A DNA stretch of 63,178 bases. Source: an uncultured virus (IMG/VR IMGVR_UViG_3300025614_000002) (taxonomy: Duplodnaviria > Heunggongvirae > Uroviricota > Caudoviricetes). The position numbers and the translations under genes were made by a program. The DNA is taken from IMG/VR virus record IMGVR_UViG_3300025614_000002, one strand, 5' to 3'. Below the pieces are notes generated by a model. The model was not told where the DNA came from. It made no database searches and saw nothing but the letters and a program-made list of their open reading frames with translations. This document shows positions 9,301 to 18,190 of this stretch, in pieces. Numbering within the stretch: position 1 is the stretch's first letter; the number at the start of each line of letters is the position of its first letter.

Positions 9301-12300
9301 TGTGTGGCTGCGGATCATGCGGGGAGAGCGCCCGCCGCCCCCGAAGGTCCCCCGCTCCATGGTCCACTTCCAGCACTACCTCCGTGCGATGGGGGTGAGT
9401 ACATCCGAGAAGGGTGGAAAGTACAGCCTCATGCCCATGACGGATGCCCAGGCCGTTGCCCAGAGCAGTGGTCAGCTCACCCTCCCAGAGAAGACGCTCG
9501 CGGCCAAGGGCTCGCTGACTCGAGAGGAGCGGGGCGGCCTCTTTGACCGCGGCAAGACCGGAGGGCTTGACGGCCGGAAGTGGAGTCACATGGACCTGGG
9601 CATGCGCGTGCCCAACCCGGTCTTCGAAGAGCCTGTCCGGCTGCTGCTCCGGATGAAGAAGCCCGAGTTCCGGAAGCTCCTGTCCGAGTCCGGTGCGCAG
9701 GGTCGCAAGTCCGGCTTCACGATCATCGAGGAGAAGCTCCGCGCGTTGAACGTGGACACTGAGCTCAAGAAGAGCGAGAAGTCCCTGACGGATGCGAAGA
9801 AGGGCAAGCTCAACGTGGAGTACAAGCGTGTTCGCTATCTCCGCGCCCTGAAGAAGCTGAAGCTGAAGCCGATCGACGCGTACACCAACCGTGTGATCCC
9901 GGTGCTTCCTCCGCAGCTCCGGAAGGTGAGCATCGGCTTTGACGGCACGCAGATCATCGACCCCGTCAACCAGATGTACGCCATCACCGGGTCTATGGTG
10001 AGGCAGCTCAAGAACGCGGAGAAGGAGCGTCTGCCGGTGGGGGACATCCAGAAGCTCCAGGCGGAGATCTACACGACCGTCAAGGCGCTGCGCACAACCG
10101 GGATGACGCTCGAGGGCAAGCAGCTCCCGAGTCTGATGGACAAGCTTTCGGGGGCGAGCAGCCAGCCGAAATATTCGTTCTTCCAGACGGGCGTACTCGG
10201 CAAGCGTCAGGATCTCTCTGGTCGCTCTGTGATCACACCAGATCCAGACCTCCCGCTGGATGAGGTCGGGGTCCCCCGCTCCATGGCCATGGAGATGTAC
10301 AAGCCGTTCGTCATCCGGGAGCTCTGGCGCCGCATGGGGCGCGCGCGTACTCCACGAGAGGCGCGGGAGATGATCAAGAAGAACCACCCCGCCGCCAACG
10401 AGGCGCTGGCCCGCGTGGTGAAGGACCGTCCCGCGATCATGAAGCGGGACCCCGCCCTTCACATGTTCTCGATGATGGCCTTCCGCCCGAAGATCGTAGA
10501 GGGCCGCTCCATCAAGATCCATCCCCTGGTCGTCGGAGGCTTCAACGCTGACTTCGATGGGGACACCATGGCCATGTACGTCCCGATCTCAGACAAGGCG
10601 GTGGAAGAGGCGAAGGGCATGCTCCCCTCGAAGAATCTCTTCTCGCCCACTTCTGGCAACCTGATGGTCGCCCCGAGCCAAGATGGCGTCCTGGGGATCT
10701 ACCAGGCGACCCGCTGGGGGAAGAAGAAGTCCGGATCCTTCACGCAGGAGGAGGCCCTCAAACTCATGAAGCAGGGCAAGCTGAAGTCCTACGATGTGAT
10801 CTCAGTCAAGGGGATGACGAAGCCCACCACCCCGGGCCGCCTGGCGCTGAACAAGACGCTCCCCGCGGAGTTCAAGGGAGATGCCGAGCTCCTGCATGAC
10901 CCCAGCTTCCGCATGGCCAAGGGGAAGATGAAGGGTCTCGCTACGCGGGTCGCTCGAGCGCACCCAGGTGAGTTCGCCTCGATGATCGATCAGTGGAAGA
11001 CGCTGGGGCACAATCTGGCCTACAAGAACGGGTCGAGCGTCAGCCTCAACGACTTCCATGACGGCTTCAAGCTCCGAGATGAGCGCCTCAAGAAGTACCA
11101 GGTGAAGGAGCGGGAGATCCGCAAGGGCTCCGGCAGCCAGAAGGAGAAGGACCAGAAGATCGTCAACCTGTACCGCAAGGCGCAGACAGAGCTCCGTGAG
11201 GTCGGCACCGCTCGGTACAACCGCACGGACAGCAACCGCATGTGGGACTGGGCGCAGAGCGGGGCGAAGGGCAACTGGAACCAGTTCGGCCAGCTCGTGA
11301 TGGGCCCGATCTTGGTCCAAGATCCGATGAACAAGGAGGTCCCGTTCCCGATCGTGAAGTCGTTCGGAGAAGGCCTCCCCATCTCCCAGTATTGGGCATC
11401 CCTGCATGGAGCGCGGAAGGGAACCATCGACCGCGCGAGCGCGACGGCGAAGCCTGGCGCGCTCACCAAGGAGCTTATCAACACGGTCATCGACCAGACG
11501 ATCAAGTCGGAAGACTGTGGCACCACGAAGGGCACCCTCCTCCCCGTGACGGATGCAGATGTTGGCGGCCGCTACCTGGCTGCTGATGTCCCCCTGAAGG
11601 GCGGCGATTCCCTCAAGAAGGGCACGCTCATCACTGAGCCCCTCCGCACGCGCCTCAAGAACTCGGGCCCCAAGAAGGTGCTGGTCCGGTCTCCCCTGGC
11701 CTGCAAGGAAGTGAAGGGGATCTGCGCCACCTGCTACGGGCTGAGCGAGCGCGGGAAGAACTACAAGGTCGGCACCAACGTCGGGGTCATCGCGGGGCAC
11801 GCCCTCGGAGAGCCCATCACCCAGATGCAGATGCGGACGTTCCACACAGGTGGTGTGGGCGGTGCGGGAGATGTCGGAGACTACTTCACCGCGGCGGAAG
11901 ACCTCCTCAAGGTCCCGAAGAAGCTGCGCGGTGAGGCGACGCTGGCGACCGTGTCGGGCCGCGTAGAGAAGATCATGAGCGACGCCCTGGGTGGAAAGAT
12001 CGTGACGATCACTGGGAAGCAGCACACGGTCCCGCACACCAACCAGCTCCTCCCCAAGATTCGGGTAGGCGCGGAAGTGAAGAAGGCGGAGGCCCTCTCC
12101 ACAGGCAGGAAGAACCCGAACCACATCCTCGAGATCACAAAGAGCATGGGTGCGGTTCGGAACCACCTGACGGAGAACCTGAACAGCCTCTACGTGGAGA
12201 CCACAGGGAACGAGCGGAGGCGCAACATCGAGACGGTGATCCGGGCGATGACCGATCTCACCAAGGTGAACAACCCCGGTGACGCCCCCAACATCCTGCG

Positions 12301-12679
12301 CGGGCAGATGCTCCCTCTGAGTGAGGTCGAGAACCTGAACAAAGACCTGCGCCGGGCAGGCAGGAAGGAGATCACCCACAGCCCCACGCTCAAGCCCCTC
12401 AACCAGGCTCCGCTGGCAGGGTCAGAGGACTGGATGGCGCGGCTCAACTTCCAGCGGCTGAAGGAGACGTACGTGGAAGGAGGGGCCCAGAACTGGGTCT
12501 CTGACATCCACGGCCACCCCATCCCCGGAGCTGCCCACGGTGCTTCCTTCGGGCTCACTCCGCCGTCCCCCGCTACAATGCCCAAGTCGGCCCCCAAGCC
12601 ACTTCCTGTCTCGCGGCCTGCGCCCCAAAAGAAGGCCCCGGCCTCGCCACCCTCCAGGTTCTCATTCTTCGGGAAATGA
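6353..12679 (+). CDS. rpoBC: DNA-directed RNA polymerase, fused beta-beta' single chain
   Basis: beta motifs QTNPL, TPE, GLNFEDGI, GDKLSGRHGNKG, PSRMNVGQ, GQRIG; beta' motifs GKRQDLSGRSVI, NADFDGD (10544-10564), GARKG bridge helix, CKEVKGICATCYG, GEPITQMQMRTFHTGG. Confidence 0.97.
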   Translation: MSNLNPEAAHRSLVQKTKEAISSHFPIEGRKHRLELLSLVIEEGPKFSSANYESQAGARLTGKTWGPDIKAKFRLVDIETKKVLDEKTRTIGTLPKITTRYSYIVAGSERQFDGVFRLNPGAYHAEASNGDLLAKWNVAAGSKIGSFKIFIERKDPKKVGRMHLIVKSGDASTVKIAIYPVLKAMGISDEQMKSKFGEKIFEANRAAAKPGTLQRFHKAIENRKKSQDYKPPPPAEAAQFAKQVFEGAEVSADTMQSALGKKFEKISGEALLLSAAKLVGISKGRVKEDDRQSLSNKRLFGAEDFIHEHLTKGANIYSLQRKIRNNVDRRDRISEIIPAPGVGYGAAILSKFKAGQLPTQTNPLQFVSNHTKTTILGAEFGGIKGDNVNMMQDKLINPSHLGLLDPLQTPENSATGVVLHVPLGAKKKGHRLMAQVINVKTRRVEEKSAAELENAVVAYPDQVKVTKKADGTYSLKPRFSNVVVYDDERNTSKRPWNQVQYVLPSARNLFAISANLVPFIQNDNGNRAMMAAKHQEQAVGLQKREAPLVQSVQKGKASYERLVGAMAAITAVTDGTVSSVSKKAIVVKGPDGKASKYPLYDHYPLNGAKHMMHSTPLVEVGDKVKRGQVIADSNFTHKGTLALGTNLRVAYIPYKGLNFEDGIVISESAASSLVSSHLHSVEVEMTPNVVVNRKLWRQYAGAIKATPEALRKLDENGVIKKGTRVQPGDVLIAKLRKQDNTKETQVVKAALKKAIRDYVDAAEIWDHEYGGTVVRVVNTGKKLAVYVRTEQTMEIGDKLSGRHGNKGIVTKILPDDQMPRDKSGKHVEVLHSPAGIPSRMNVGQVLETAAGKIAKKTGKPFLVENFDPDKDYSQFVKDELKKHKLSDTEELFDPETGESLGQIFTGFQYTLKLDHQAEKKVTARAGGFGYKYRPTGEAAQGSGVGQGGQRIGGLDLYSMLAHGAVHNLREMQTYKSDREQAEDVWLRIMRGERPPPPKVPRSMVHFQHYLRAMGVSTSEKGGKYSLMPMTDAQAVAQSSGQLTLPEKTLAAKGSLTREERGGLFDRGKTGGLDGRKWSHMDLGMRVPNPVFEEPVRLLLRMKKPEFRKLLSESGAQGRKSGFTIIEEKLRALNVDTELKKSEKSLTDAKKGKLNVEYKRVRYLRALKKLKLKPIDAYTNRVIPVLPPQLRKVSIGFDGTQIIDPVNQMYAITGSMVRQLKNAEKERLPVGDIQKLQAEIYTTVKALRTTGMTLEGKQLPSLMDKLSGASSQPKYSFFQTGVLGKRQDLSGRSVITPDPDLPLDEVGVPRSMAMEMYKPFVIRELWRRMGRARTPREAREMIKKNHPAANEALARVVKDRPAIMKRDPALHMFSMMAFRPKIVEGRSIKIHPLVVGGFNADFDGDTMAMYVPISDKAVEEAKGMLPSKNLFSPTSGNLMVAPSQDGVLGIYQATRWGKKKSGSFTQEEALKLMKQGKLKSYDVISVKGMTKPTTPGRLALNKTLPAEFKGDAELLHDPSFRMAKGKMKGLATRVARAHPGEFASMIDQWKTLGHNLAYKNGSSVSLNDFHDGFKLRDERLKKYQVKEREIRKGSGSQKEKDQKIVNLYRKAQTELREVGTARYNRTDSNRMWDWAQSGAKGNWNQFGQLVMGPILVQDPMNKEVPFPIVKSFGEGLPISQYWASLHGARKGTIDRASATAKPGALTKELINTVIDQTIKSEDCGTTKGTLLPVTDADVGGRYLAADVPLKGGDSLKKGTLITEPLRTRLKNSGPKKVLVRSPLACKEVKGICATCYGLSERGKNYKVGTNVGVIAGHALGEPITQMQMRTFHTGGVGGAGDVGDYFTAAEDLLKVPKKLRGEATLATVSGRVEKIMSDALGGKIVTITGKQHTVPHTNQLLPKIRVGAEVKKAEALSTGRKNPNHILEITKSMGAVRNHLTENLNSLYVETTGNERRRNIETVIRAMTDLTKVNNPGDAPNILRGQMLPLSEVENLNKDLRRAGRKEITHSPTLKPLNQAPLAGSEDWMARLNFQRLKETYVEGGAQNWVSDIHGHPIPGAAHGASFGLTPPSPATMPKSAPKPLPVSRPAPQKKAPASPPSRFSFFGK

Positions 12680-13134
12680 CCATGAACAAGATCGCCGCCT
12701 ACGAAGCCGCTCTCGCACGCCTCGACGCAGAGAAGACCGCCGAGGCGATCATCGACGCATACGGCACTTCTGAGGGCTACATGCCGGGCCCGTACCTTCT
12801 CGCCTTCGACCAGATGGAGAAGGAGGCGGGCATCAAGGCCCTGCAGGAGTTCGGGAAGGGGTTGTTCCGCTCTGGCATGAAGGGAGCGAAGACTGTCGGA
12901 ACTCGGGTGGGGGGCACCCGAGAGGGGGGTAAGTTCGTCCGTGGCGGCTGGAAGATGAACAAGGGCATGGGCGCAGGAGATCAGCTCAAGTGGCTCGGGA
13001 GCCGCGCCCAGATGCACGTTGGTCGCGCCCTCCAGACCGGCGGCGGCCAGGCAGCCCTCGGTGCCGCGGGCGCTGCTGGAGTGGGTGCCGCCGGCTACGG
13101 AGGCTACCGCGTCCTCGGCGGTGGCCAGAAGTAG
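12676..13134 (+). CDS. Putative virion cargo protein (MNKIAAYE leader, C-terminal glycine zipper)
   Basis: ATGA overlap with RNAP stop; EKTA and EKEAG sites; basic payload. Confidence 0.7.
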   Translation: MTMNKIAAYEAALARLDAEKTAEAIIDAYGTSEGYMPGPYLLAFDQMEKEAGIKALQEFGKGLFRSGMKGAKTVGTRVGGTREGGKFVRGGWKMNKGMGAGDQLKWLGSRAQMHVGRALQTGGGQAALGAAGAAGVGAAGYGGYRVLGGGQK

Positions 13135-14232
13135 ATGGAGAGTCCCGCCACGCCAACCCGGGCGGTCTCAGCGCAGATCCACCTCGGCCGAGTGGTCGAG
13201 GTGGACCCCGACCGCTGGATCTGCCGCGTGATCGGCGATGACCCACCGAAGGAGTTCACTCCTGTTCTGGTGTCATCGCTGTTCATGGGCGCGTTGGGGG
13301 AAGGCATCCATGCCATGCCTGAGGTCGGTGCTCGGGTGTACGTGGCCGTACCGTCAGACGGGTCGCAGAAGTTCCTCGTCGGGTACGCGTACACCATGGA
13401 TCCGACGACAGAGGATGCGCGCAAAGCGGGCTCTTTCCATTCCGGTCGCCCCTACTTGAACCCGGGGGATATCGCCGCGCTCTCTCGAGATCAGAACGGG
13501 GTGGTGATCCGGCGTGGGGGCATCGTAGAGATCCGCAGCACTCCGCTGGCTCGGACCATCTTCAACCCCCAGCAGAACCAGGTACTCACCCTGGCGGAGA
13601 ACTGGGAGGTGGAGACATTCGGCGGGAAGATTTCCTGGCGAAACCTCCACAGAGAAGATGATCGAGATGGAGAGCTGACAGCTCAGTACGAGCACCAAGT
13701 ACGCCAGTATGTGGATTCCCCCAGCTCTACGCTCCGCCTGCAGATGGGGGCTACCGAGGGGACCCGACTGGAGCTCGATGAGCCGGTAGACCGGCCTCCT
13801 CTGAAGGATGTCTCGACCAAGGTGACACTCCTTGCGGCAGGTGCCCTCGCGCCTCTGCCCATCACGATCCCTGTGCGGAGGCCCGACGCACCGGACCCCG
13901 CAGCGCGAGTAGTGGACTTCCGGGTCTACGACGACGAGATGGCCCCGGTGTCAGCCGAGAGCCTGACGTTCGGGATCTCCCGCCAGGGAGCGGCGCTCCT
14001 CGAGACTGCTGAGAAGATCAGGATCGCCAAGGACGTAGACACCGGCAATAGTGAGCCGGTCCTCCGGGGCAGTTCCTTCCTCTCCGCCCTCTCCAAGTCT
14101 CTCGCTGAGATCCAAGCAGGCCTGAACGCTCTGGGGGTCCCTACCCCGGACACGGCGGTCTTCTTGGGCGAGCTCGCCGCATCAGAGATCACAGGGGAGC
14201 CCTTCCTTTCCTCCACGCTCGAGAGCGAGTAG
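13135..14232 (+). CDS. Baseplate spike/hub protein (gpV/gp5-like N-terminal OB fold)
   Basis: GRVVEVDP..ICRV and GIHAMPEVGARVYV motifs. Confidence 0.65.
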   Translation: MESPATPTRAVSAQIHLGRVVEVDPDRWICRVIGDDPPKEFTPVLVSSLFMGALGEGIHAMPEVGARVYVAVPSDGSQKFLVGYAYTMDPTTEDARKAGSFHSGRPYLNPGDIAALSRDQNGVVIRRGGIVEIRSTPLARTIFNPQQNQVLTLAENWEVETFGGKISWRNLHREDDRDGELTAQYEHQVRQYVDSPSSTLRLQMGATEGTRLELDEPVDRPPLKDVSTKVTLLAAGALAPLPITIPVRRPDAPDPAARVVDFRVYDDEMAPVSAESLTFGISRQGAALLETAEKIRIAKDVDTGNSEPVLRGSSFLSALSKSLAEIQAGLNALGVPTPDTAVFLGELAASEITGEPFLSSTLESE

Positions 14233-14342
14233 TATGGGTTCACCCGTGCCTGCGAACATCACCTCTTGTTTGGAGGTTACGAGGCAGGCGAACCTGGCTA
14301 CGCGCGCCGGCACCAGTTCAGCCGTCCTGTAGGAGCACCTCG

Positions 14343-15542
14343 ATGACTGCCCTCTTCCTTCCCGAGGTCGACCCGCATTCCTTCTTCGAGAAGGCGGCGT
14401 CCATCGCCAAGATGCCGGACGACGAGACGAAGTGGCCTGCGCATGTGCTGTCGAACCTGCACCAGCAGCTCCCGTTCCTCAGCCAGTTCGAAGTCAACAT
14501 TGACATCCAGCGCATGGAGCCGGAGGCCGGATTCGCATTCGGGCACGCCATGCTGCTGCCGAAGAGTGATCCCGCTGCGGCGACCGAGTCGAAGAATCCT
14601 GAGAACATGCTCCGGATTCCGATCATCATCTCGGACCGACAGCTGCAGCCCTTCCACGTATTCGAGGTCGCGGGGAACGCGTTCCCCCTGACCGCGGAGC
14701 GTGTGCAGTCTGCGCTCACCAGCCCGGCCATCTTCGACGGTCCGGCCAAGCGTCCGTCTGGGCAGAAGTCTCTGATCGACCAGCTGCACCCGCCCTACCA
14801 GCAGCGTCAGGGCTTTGGCCTCCACAAGTCTGCGGGGGCGCCGAACTACGAGAACATGAGTGCCGACCAGCTCCAGCAGATGGCGGAGCTCAAGCGGACG
14901 AAGAAGCTCGACAAATACCAGCGCGGGCTCTCCGGGAAGGAGAGGGTCGAAGGGGCCGTTCGTCAGTCCACCATCCCTATCGGGGTTGGTGCCGGTCTCG
15001 GGGCGCTCAGGGCGATGGGAGCATCGAAGGCCAAATGGGACAAGAAGGGCATCCAGCAGCGGCTTGGAGCCGGCCTCGGTGGCGCTCTTGTTGGTACTGG
15101 AACGGGTGCGGCCATCACCGCCGCCAATCAGGGAGTCCAGAACTGGCGGCGGAAGAAGCGAGATGCGGCGCGTAGGGAGATGGGCCTTCTCAAGAAGGAA
15201 GGTTCCGTCACCCTCAGTTTCAGCTCCTCGAACATGGTCCCGGCTTCTGCAGTAGTGGGGAGCCAGCGGCTTCCTCTGAAGAGCGGGGCCACGGTGGCTT
15301 CCCTCGCCTTCTACCAGGTGCCCGGCACGAAGTTCGTGATGGCCGTACCTCGGAGCATGGCGAAGAAGCTCGAGAAGGTCTCGGACCAGCAGAAGCTCCG
15401 CAGCATGCTCAGCGGTGGGATGCGCGAGGAGATCCGGGCTGCACGCAGCGGACTCCCTTCCCCCGGCCTGTTCATGGTCTTCGAGAAGGCCAAGAAGGGC
15501 TACCGCTACCTCAAGCCCAGTCCCATCGCCGGCATGCGCTGA
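14343..15542 (+). CDS. Putative virion protein: globular N-domain plus glycine-zipper module
   Basis: AGGAG SD; EKAAS, KSAG; two G-rich hydrophobic helices. Confidence 0.65.
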   Translation: MTALFLPEVDPHSFFEKAASIAKMPDDETKWPAHVLSNLHQQLPFLSQFEVNIDIQRMEPEAGFAFGHAMLLPKSDPAAATESKNPENMLRIPIIISDRQLQPFHVFEVAGNAFPLTAERVQSALTSPAIFDGPAKRPSGQKSLIDQLHPPYQQRQGFGLHKSAGAPNYENMSADQLQQMAELKRTKKLDKYQRGLSGKERVEGAVRQSTIPIGVGAGLGALRAMGASKAKWDKKGIQQRLGAGLGGALVGTGTGAAITAANQGVQNWRRKKRDAARREMGLLKKEGSVTLSFSSSNMVPASAVVGSQRLPLKSGATVASLAFYQVPGTKFVMAVPRSMAKKLEKVSDQQKLRSMLSGGMREEIRAARSGLPSPGLFMVFEKAKKGYRYLKPSPIAGMR

Positions 15543-15946
15543 TGCTCCCGTTCTACCCCAAGCTGGCTGCGGCATCCGACGCCCCGGGGTACACCCCGAT
15601 CTCGTCGAGGGATGAGAAGTGCGAGGACTGCCGCTTCTACCGGGCCATCGCTTCCGGGGGCGGGTACTGCGAACAGTTCTCCTTCGGGGCAACTCCAGAG
15701 GGTGTCTGCGATGACTACTCCCGGGTGGAGCGAGACCAGGTCAAGACAAGTTCGGCCATCGATCCGGCGCTCAGTGAATTGAAGCTGCGGAAGCAGTATG
15801 CCAGCCAGGCGGCCAGAGATTTGACTCGGGGAAAGGTCTCGAAAGACACTGCACTTGCGGCGATCCGTGCGGCCGAAACATCTCGGACTGCCAAGTTCCT
15901 CAAGCTGGTCGATACGATCGATCAGGAATACCCCAAGAAATCCTGA
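15542..15946 (+). CDS. Small protein with HiPIP-like 4-Cys domain
   Basis: Y-x9-CEDCRFY-x9-C-x12-CDDY; flanked by KLAA and KTSS. Confidence 0.55.
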   Translation: MLPFYPKLAAASDAPGYTPISSRDEKCEDCRFYRAIASGGGYCEQFSFGATPEGVCDDYSRVERDQVKTSSAIDPALSELKLRKQYASQAARDLTRGKVSKDTALAAIRAAETSRTAKFLKLVDTIDQEYPKKS

Positions 15947-15959
15947 GTAGGAGAAGCCC

Positions 15960-17471
15960 GTGACCACGCATTCTGGAGGGTCTCTCTGTCAGGCCATCTC
16001 AGGTACGCTCAACGAGAGCGACTTCGGCGCGTTCAACCAGGAGTTCGCAGACCCCAAGGTTCGCCGGCTCATCGAGAAGAACGCCTCGGTGATGGCCTGT
16101 CTCGCCCGGCTCACTGAGCGCCCCATCACCAGCTCGGAGAAGCTGGCCTCTGCTGCTCGTTCCGCCTTCCGTCCGGGTACCGATGTCGTACAGGTGCGGC
16201 CAGACGGCTACGGCTACGTCATCAAGGTCTCTGCTGCCCCACAGGGCATGGCCCCGCAGGAGACCAAGGTGACGGCTCAGCAGGCCCAGCAGGCGCTCCC
16301 TCCGGAGATGCTGCAGGCCGCTGACCAGCAGGGAGCGGCTACCGTCACCAACGTCCAGGCTGCGCCCGACCCTCTGCAGGAGCAGGCGGTTCCGGTGAGT
16401 CAGTTCGGCATCTACAAGGTCACTGACGCCTCCACCGGGAAGCAGGTGGTGGGTTTTGTGCTCCCCACGCTGTTCGACCCGGTTGCGGGTCAGCCGACTC
16501 CGATGAAGCTCTTCACCAACGGGAGTCAGTATTCGGTGCAGCCGGAGATCGTGGGATCTCTCGTGGGGGTGAGCCACAACCTGCCGCTGCCCCAGAAGCC
16601 TGAAGTCCGAGGCTTCGGCGTCTTCGTGAAGGTCAACGAGAAGGCGATCGTCGCCACCGTGCCCTACACGATCCTCACCAAGGTCACGGTGGAGGGTCGT
16701 GGGTACTTCGCAGCGCAGGACATGAACCGACAGGACATCCGGATCATCCCCTCGGAGGGCCTGGCGTCTCCGGTCGCGTCATCTCCTACCGAGATCGCAA
16801 TCCCTGCCGACTACAAGTTCCTCCCTCTGGACAACCCGGTGCAGCTCACCGCGGGGCCCGAGCTCATGAAGGCGGCGCAGGCCAACGCGTACCCCACGAT
16901 GGTGGAGATCCGCGCCTGGCAGGGCGGCTGTCGGCTTGACGGTCCGGTTTTCGACAAGCTCGGCTCCGGGGAGCATGACTGGGTGGACGGGGCCTTCTGG
17001 TTGGCTGCGGCGGGCATGCCGCAGAATCTCACCACTGCGATCTTCGAGAAGGCCGCAGCATCGGGAGAGGCGGTTCGCCTCTTCGGGCTCCAGCCGCTCT
17101 CGAGTCGGGATGAGTACCAGGTCGAGGCGGCGAAGGAAGCCGCGGTGGACATGCTCGACGTGCAGATCCCCAAGCGGGTCAACCTGATCAAGGAGATCAG
17201 CGCCATCTCCTTTGACAAGCGGGCCTCCGCCATGGTGGACACCGCGTCCGTGGATGCTGTCCTCGCGCTCAACTTCCTGAACCCCGAGAACGTGGACACC
17301 TTCGTGGAGTTCCTGCCCCAGCTCGAGGATGCGTCCACGAAGCTGGCGGGAGTAGTCCTCGCGGCGCAGGTCGGCCTGCAGTCCATCCCCAAGACCGCAG
17401 CGGTCCGTGCGCTGTTCGCACTTGAGGACGTCATCACCGGCCTCAAGAGCCTCAAGAAATACACCGTGTAG
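15960..17471 (+). CDS. Putative head/core structural protein
   Basis: AGGAG SD, GTG start; KNAS, KLAS, KAAA, KEAA, KRAS, KLAG, KTAA. Confidence 0.7.
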   Translation: MTTHSGGSLCQAISGTLNESDFGAFNQEFADPKVRRLIEKNASVMACLARLTERPITSSEKLASAARSAFRPGTDVVQVRPDGYGYVIKVSAAPQGMAPQETKVTAQQAQQALPPEMLQAADQQGAATVTNVQAAPDPLQEQAVPVSQFGIYKVTDASTGKQVVGFVLPTLFDPVAGQPTPMKLFTNGSQYSVQPEIVGSLVGVSHNLPLPQKPEVRGFGVFVKVNEKAIVATVPYTILTKVTVEGRGYFAAQDMNRQDIRIIPSEGLASPVASSPTEIAIPADYKFLPLDNPVQLTAGPELMKAAQANAYPTMVEIRAWQGGCRLDGPVFDKLGSGEHDWVDGAFWLAAAGMPQNLTTAIFEKAAASGEAVRLFGLQPLSSRDEYQVEAAKEAAVDMLDVQIPKRVNLIKEISAISFDKRASAMVDTASVDAVLALNFLNPENVDTFVEFLPQLEDASTKLAGVVLAAQVGLQSIPKTAAVRALFALEDVITGLKSLKKYTV

Positions 17472-17480
17472 GAGGCCGCA

Positions 17481-18182
17481 GTGGCCCCGCAGCTCATCGA
17501 GATCGGAAACATGACGCCTGCCGAGGTCCGGCAGGCGTACGACTCCTTCCGGAAGATGGAGATGGAGAAGAAGCAGCAGCTCGCTGAAACTCCTCCGGGC
17601 ACCCTGCGCCACCGGTGGCGCTCTCGGCAGTACAAGAACCACCGCAGGGACGCGGAGTCCTTCTTGGCGAAACAGGGAGCCGCCCCCATGGACAAGCTCG
17701 CACGCATTTTCGGCGCCCAAGAGCCGGATGTATCAGAAGCTGCAATCCCGTACGGCGTTCGGAAGCGTCAGTACTCTCGGTACGCCAAGGCCAAGGCCAA
17801 GGAGAAGGCTACCCCCATGGGTAAGGCCTCCCTGGTGGGCGGCCTTGTTGGGGGCGGCATCGGGGCGCTCGGCGCGGCCCTGAGCGGACCGTCACGGCGT
17901 GCGGCACCCAACGCTGTGATCGGGGGAGTCCTCGGTGGCCTCGGTGGGGCCCTGGTTGGCGCCGGGCTGTCTGCCCAAGATGAGAGCCACATCCGGGCGG
18001 CCAAGAGCATCGTCCGCAACAACAACTACGACCGGGCCACCCTGGGGGCCGTCCGCCGGCAGCTCGATACCAAGCAGCACCAGCGGGAGTTGAACGAGTT
18101 CTACAAGGAGCAGCGGGCGGAAGATCGCCACCATGAGCTCCGCAATCGCCTGGATCGCATCGATCGGCATAGCCGCTACTGA
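17481..18182 (+). CDS. Putative virion cargo protein with double glycine zipper
   Basis: Internal MDKLAR motif; GGLVGGGIGALGA and GGVLGGLGGALVGAG helices. Confidence 0.65.
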   Translation: MAPQLIEIGNMTPAEVRQAYDSFRKMEMEKKQQLAETPPGTLRHRWRSRQYKNHRRDAESFLAKQGAAPMDKLARIFGAQEPDVSEAAIPYGVRKRQYSRYAKAKAKEKATPMGKASLVGGLVGGGIGALGAALSGPSRRAAPNAVIGGVLGGLGGALVGAGLSAQDESHIRAAKSIVRNNNYDRATLGAVRRQLDTKQHQRELNEFYKEQRAEDRHHELRNRLDRIDRHSRY

Positions 18183-18190
18183 GGACCACC

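Noticed and set aside
6353..12679. Cellular rpoBC locus
   Set aside because: Neighbours are portal, spike and capsid genes rather than ribosomal protein genes; sequence reduced and divergent
14234..14332. 32-aa ORF after the spike gene
   Set aside because: No convincing SD or motif
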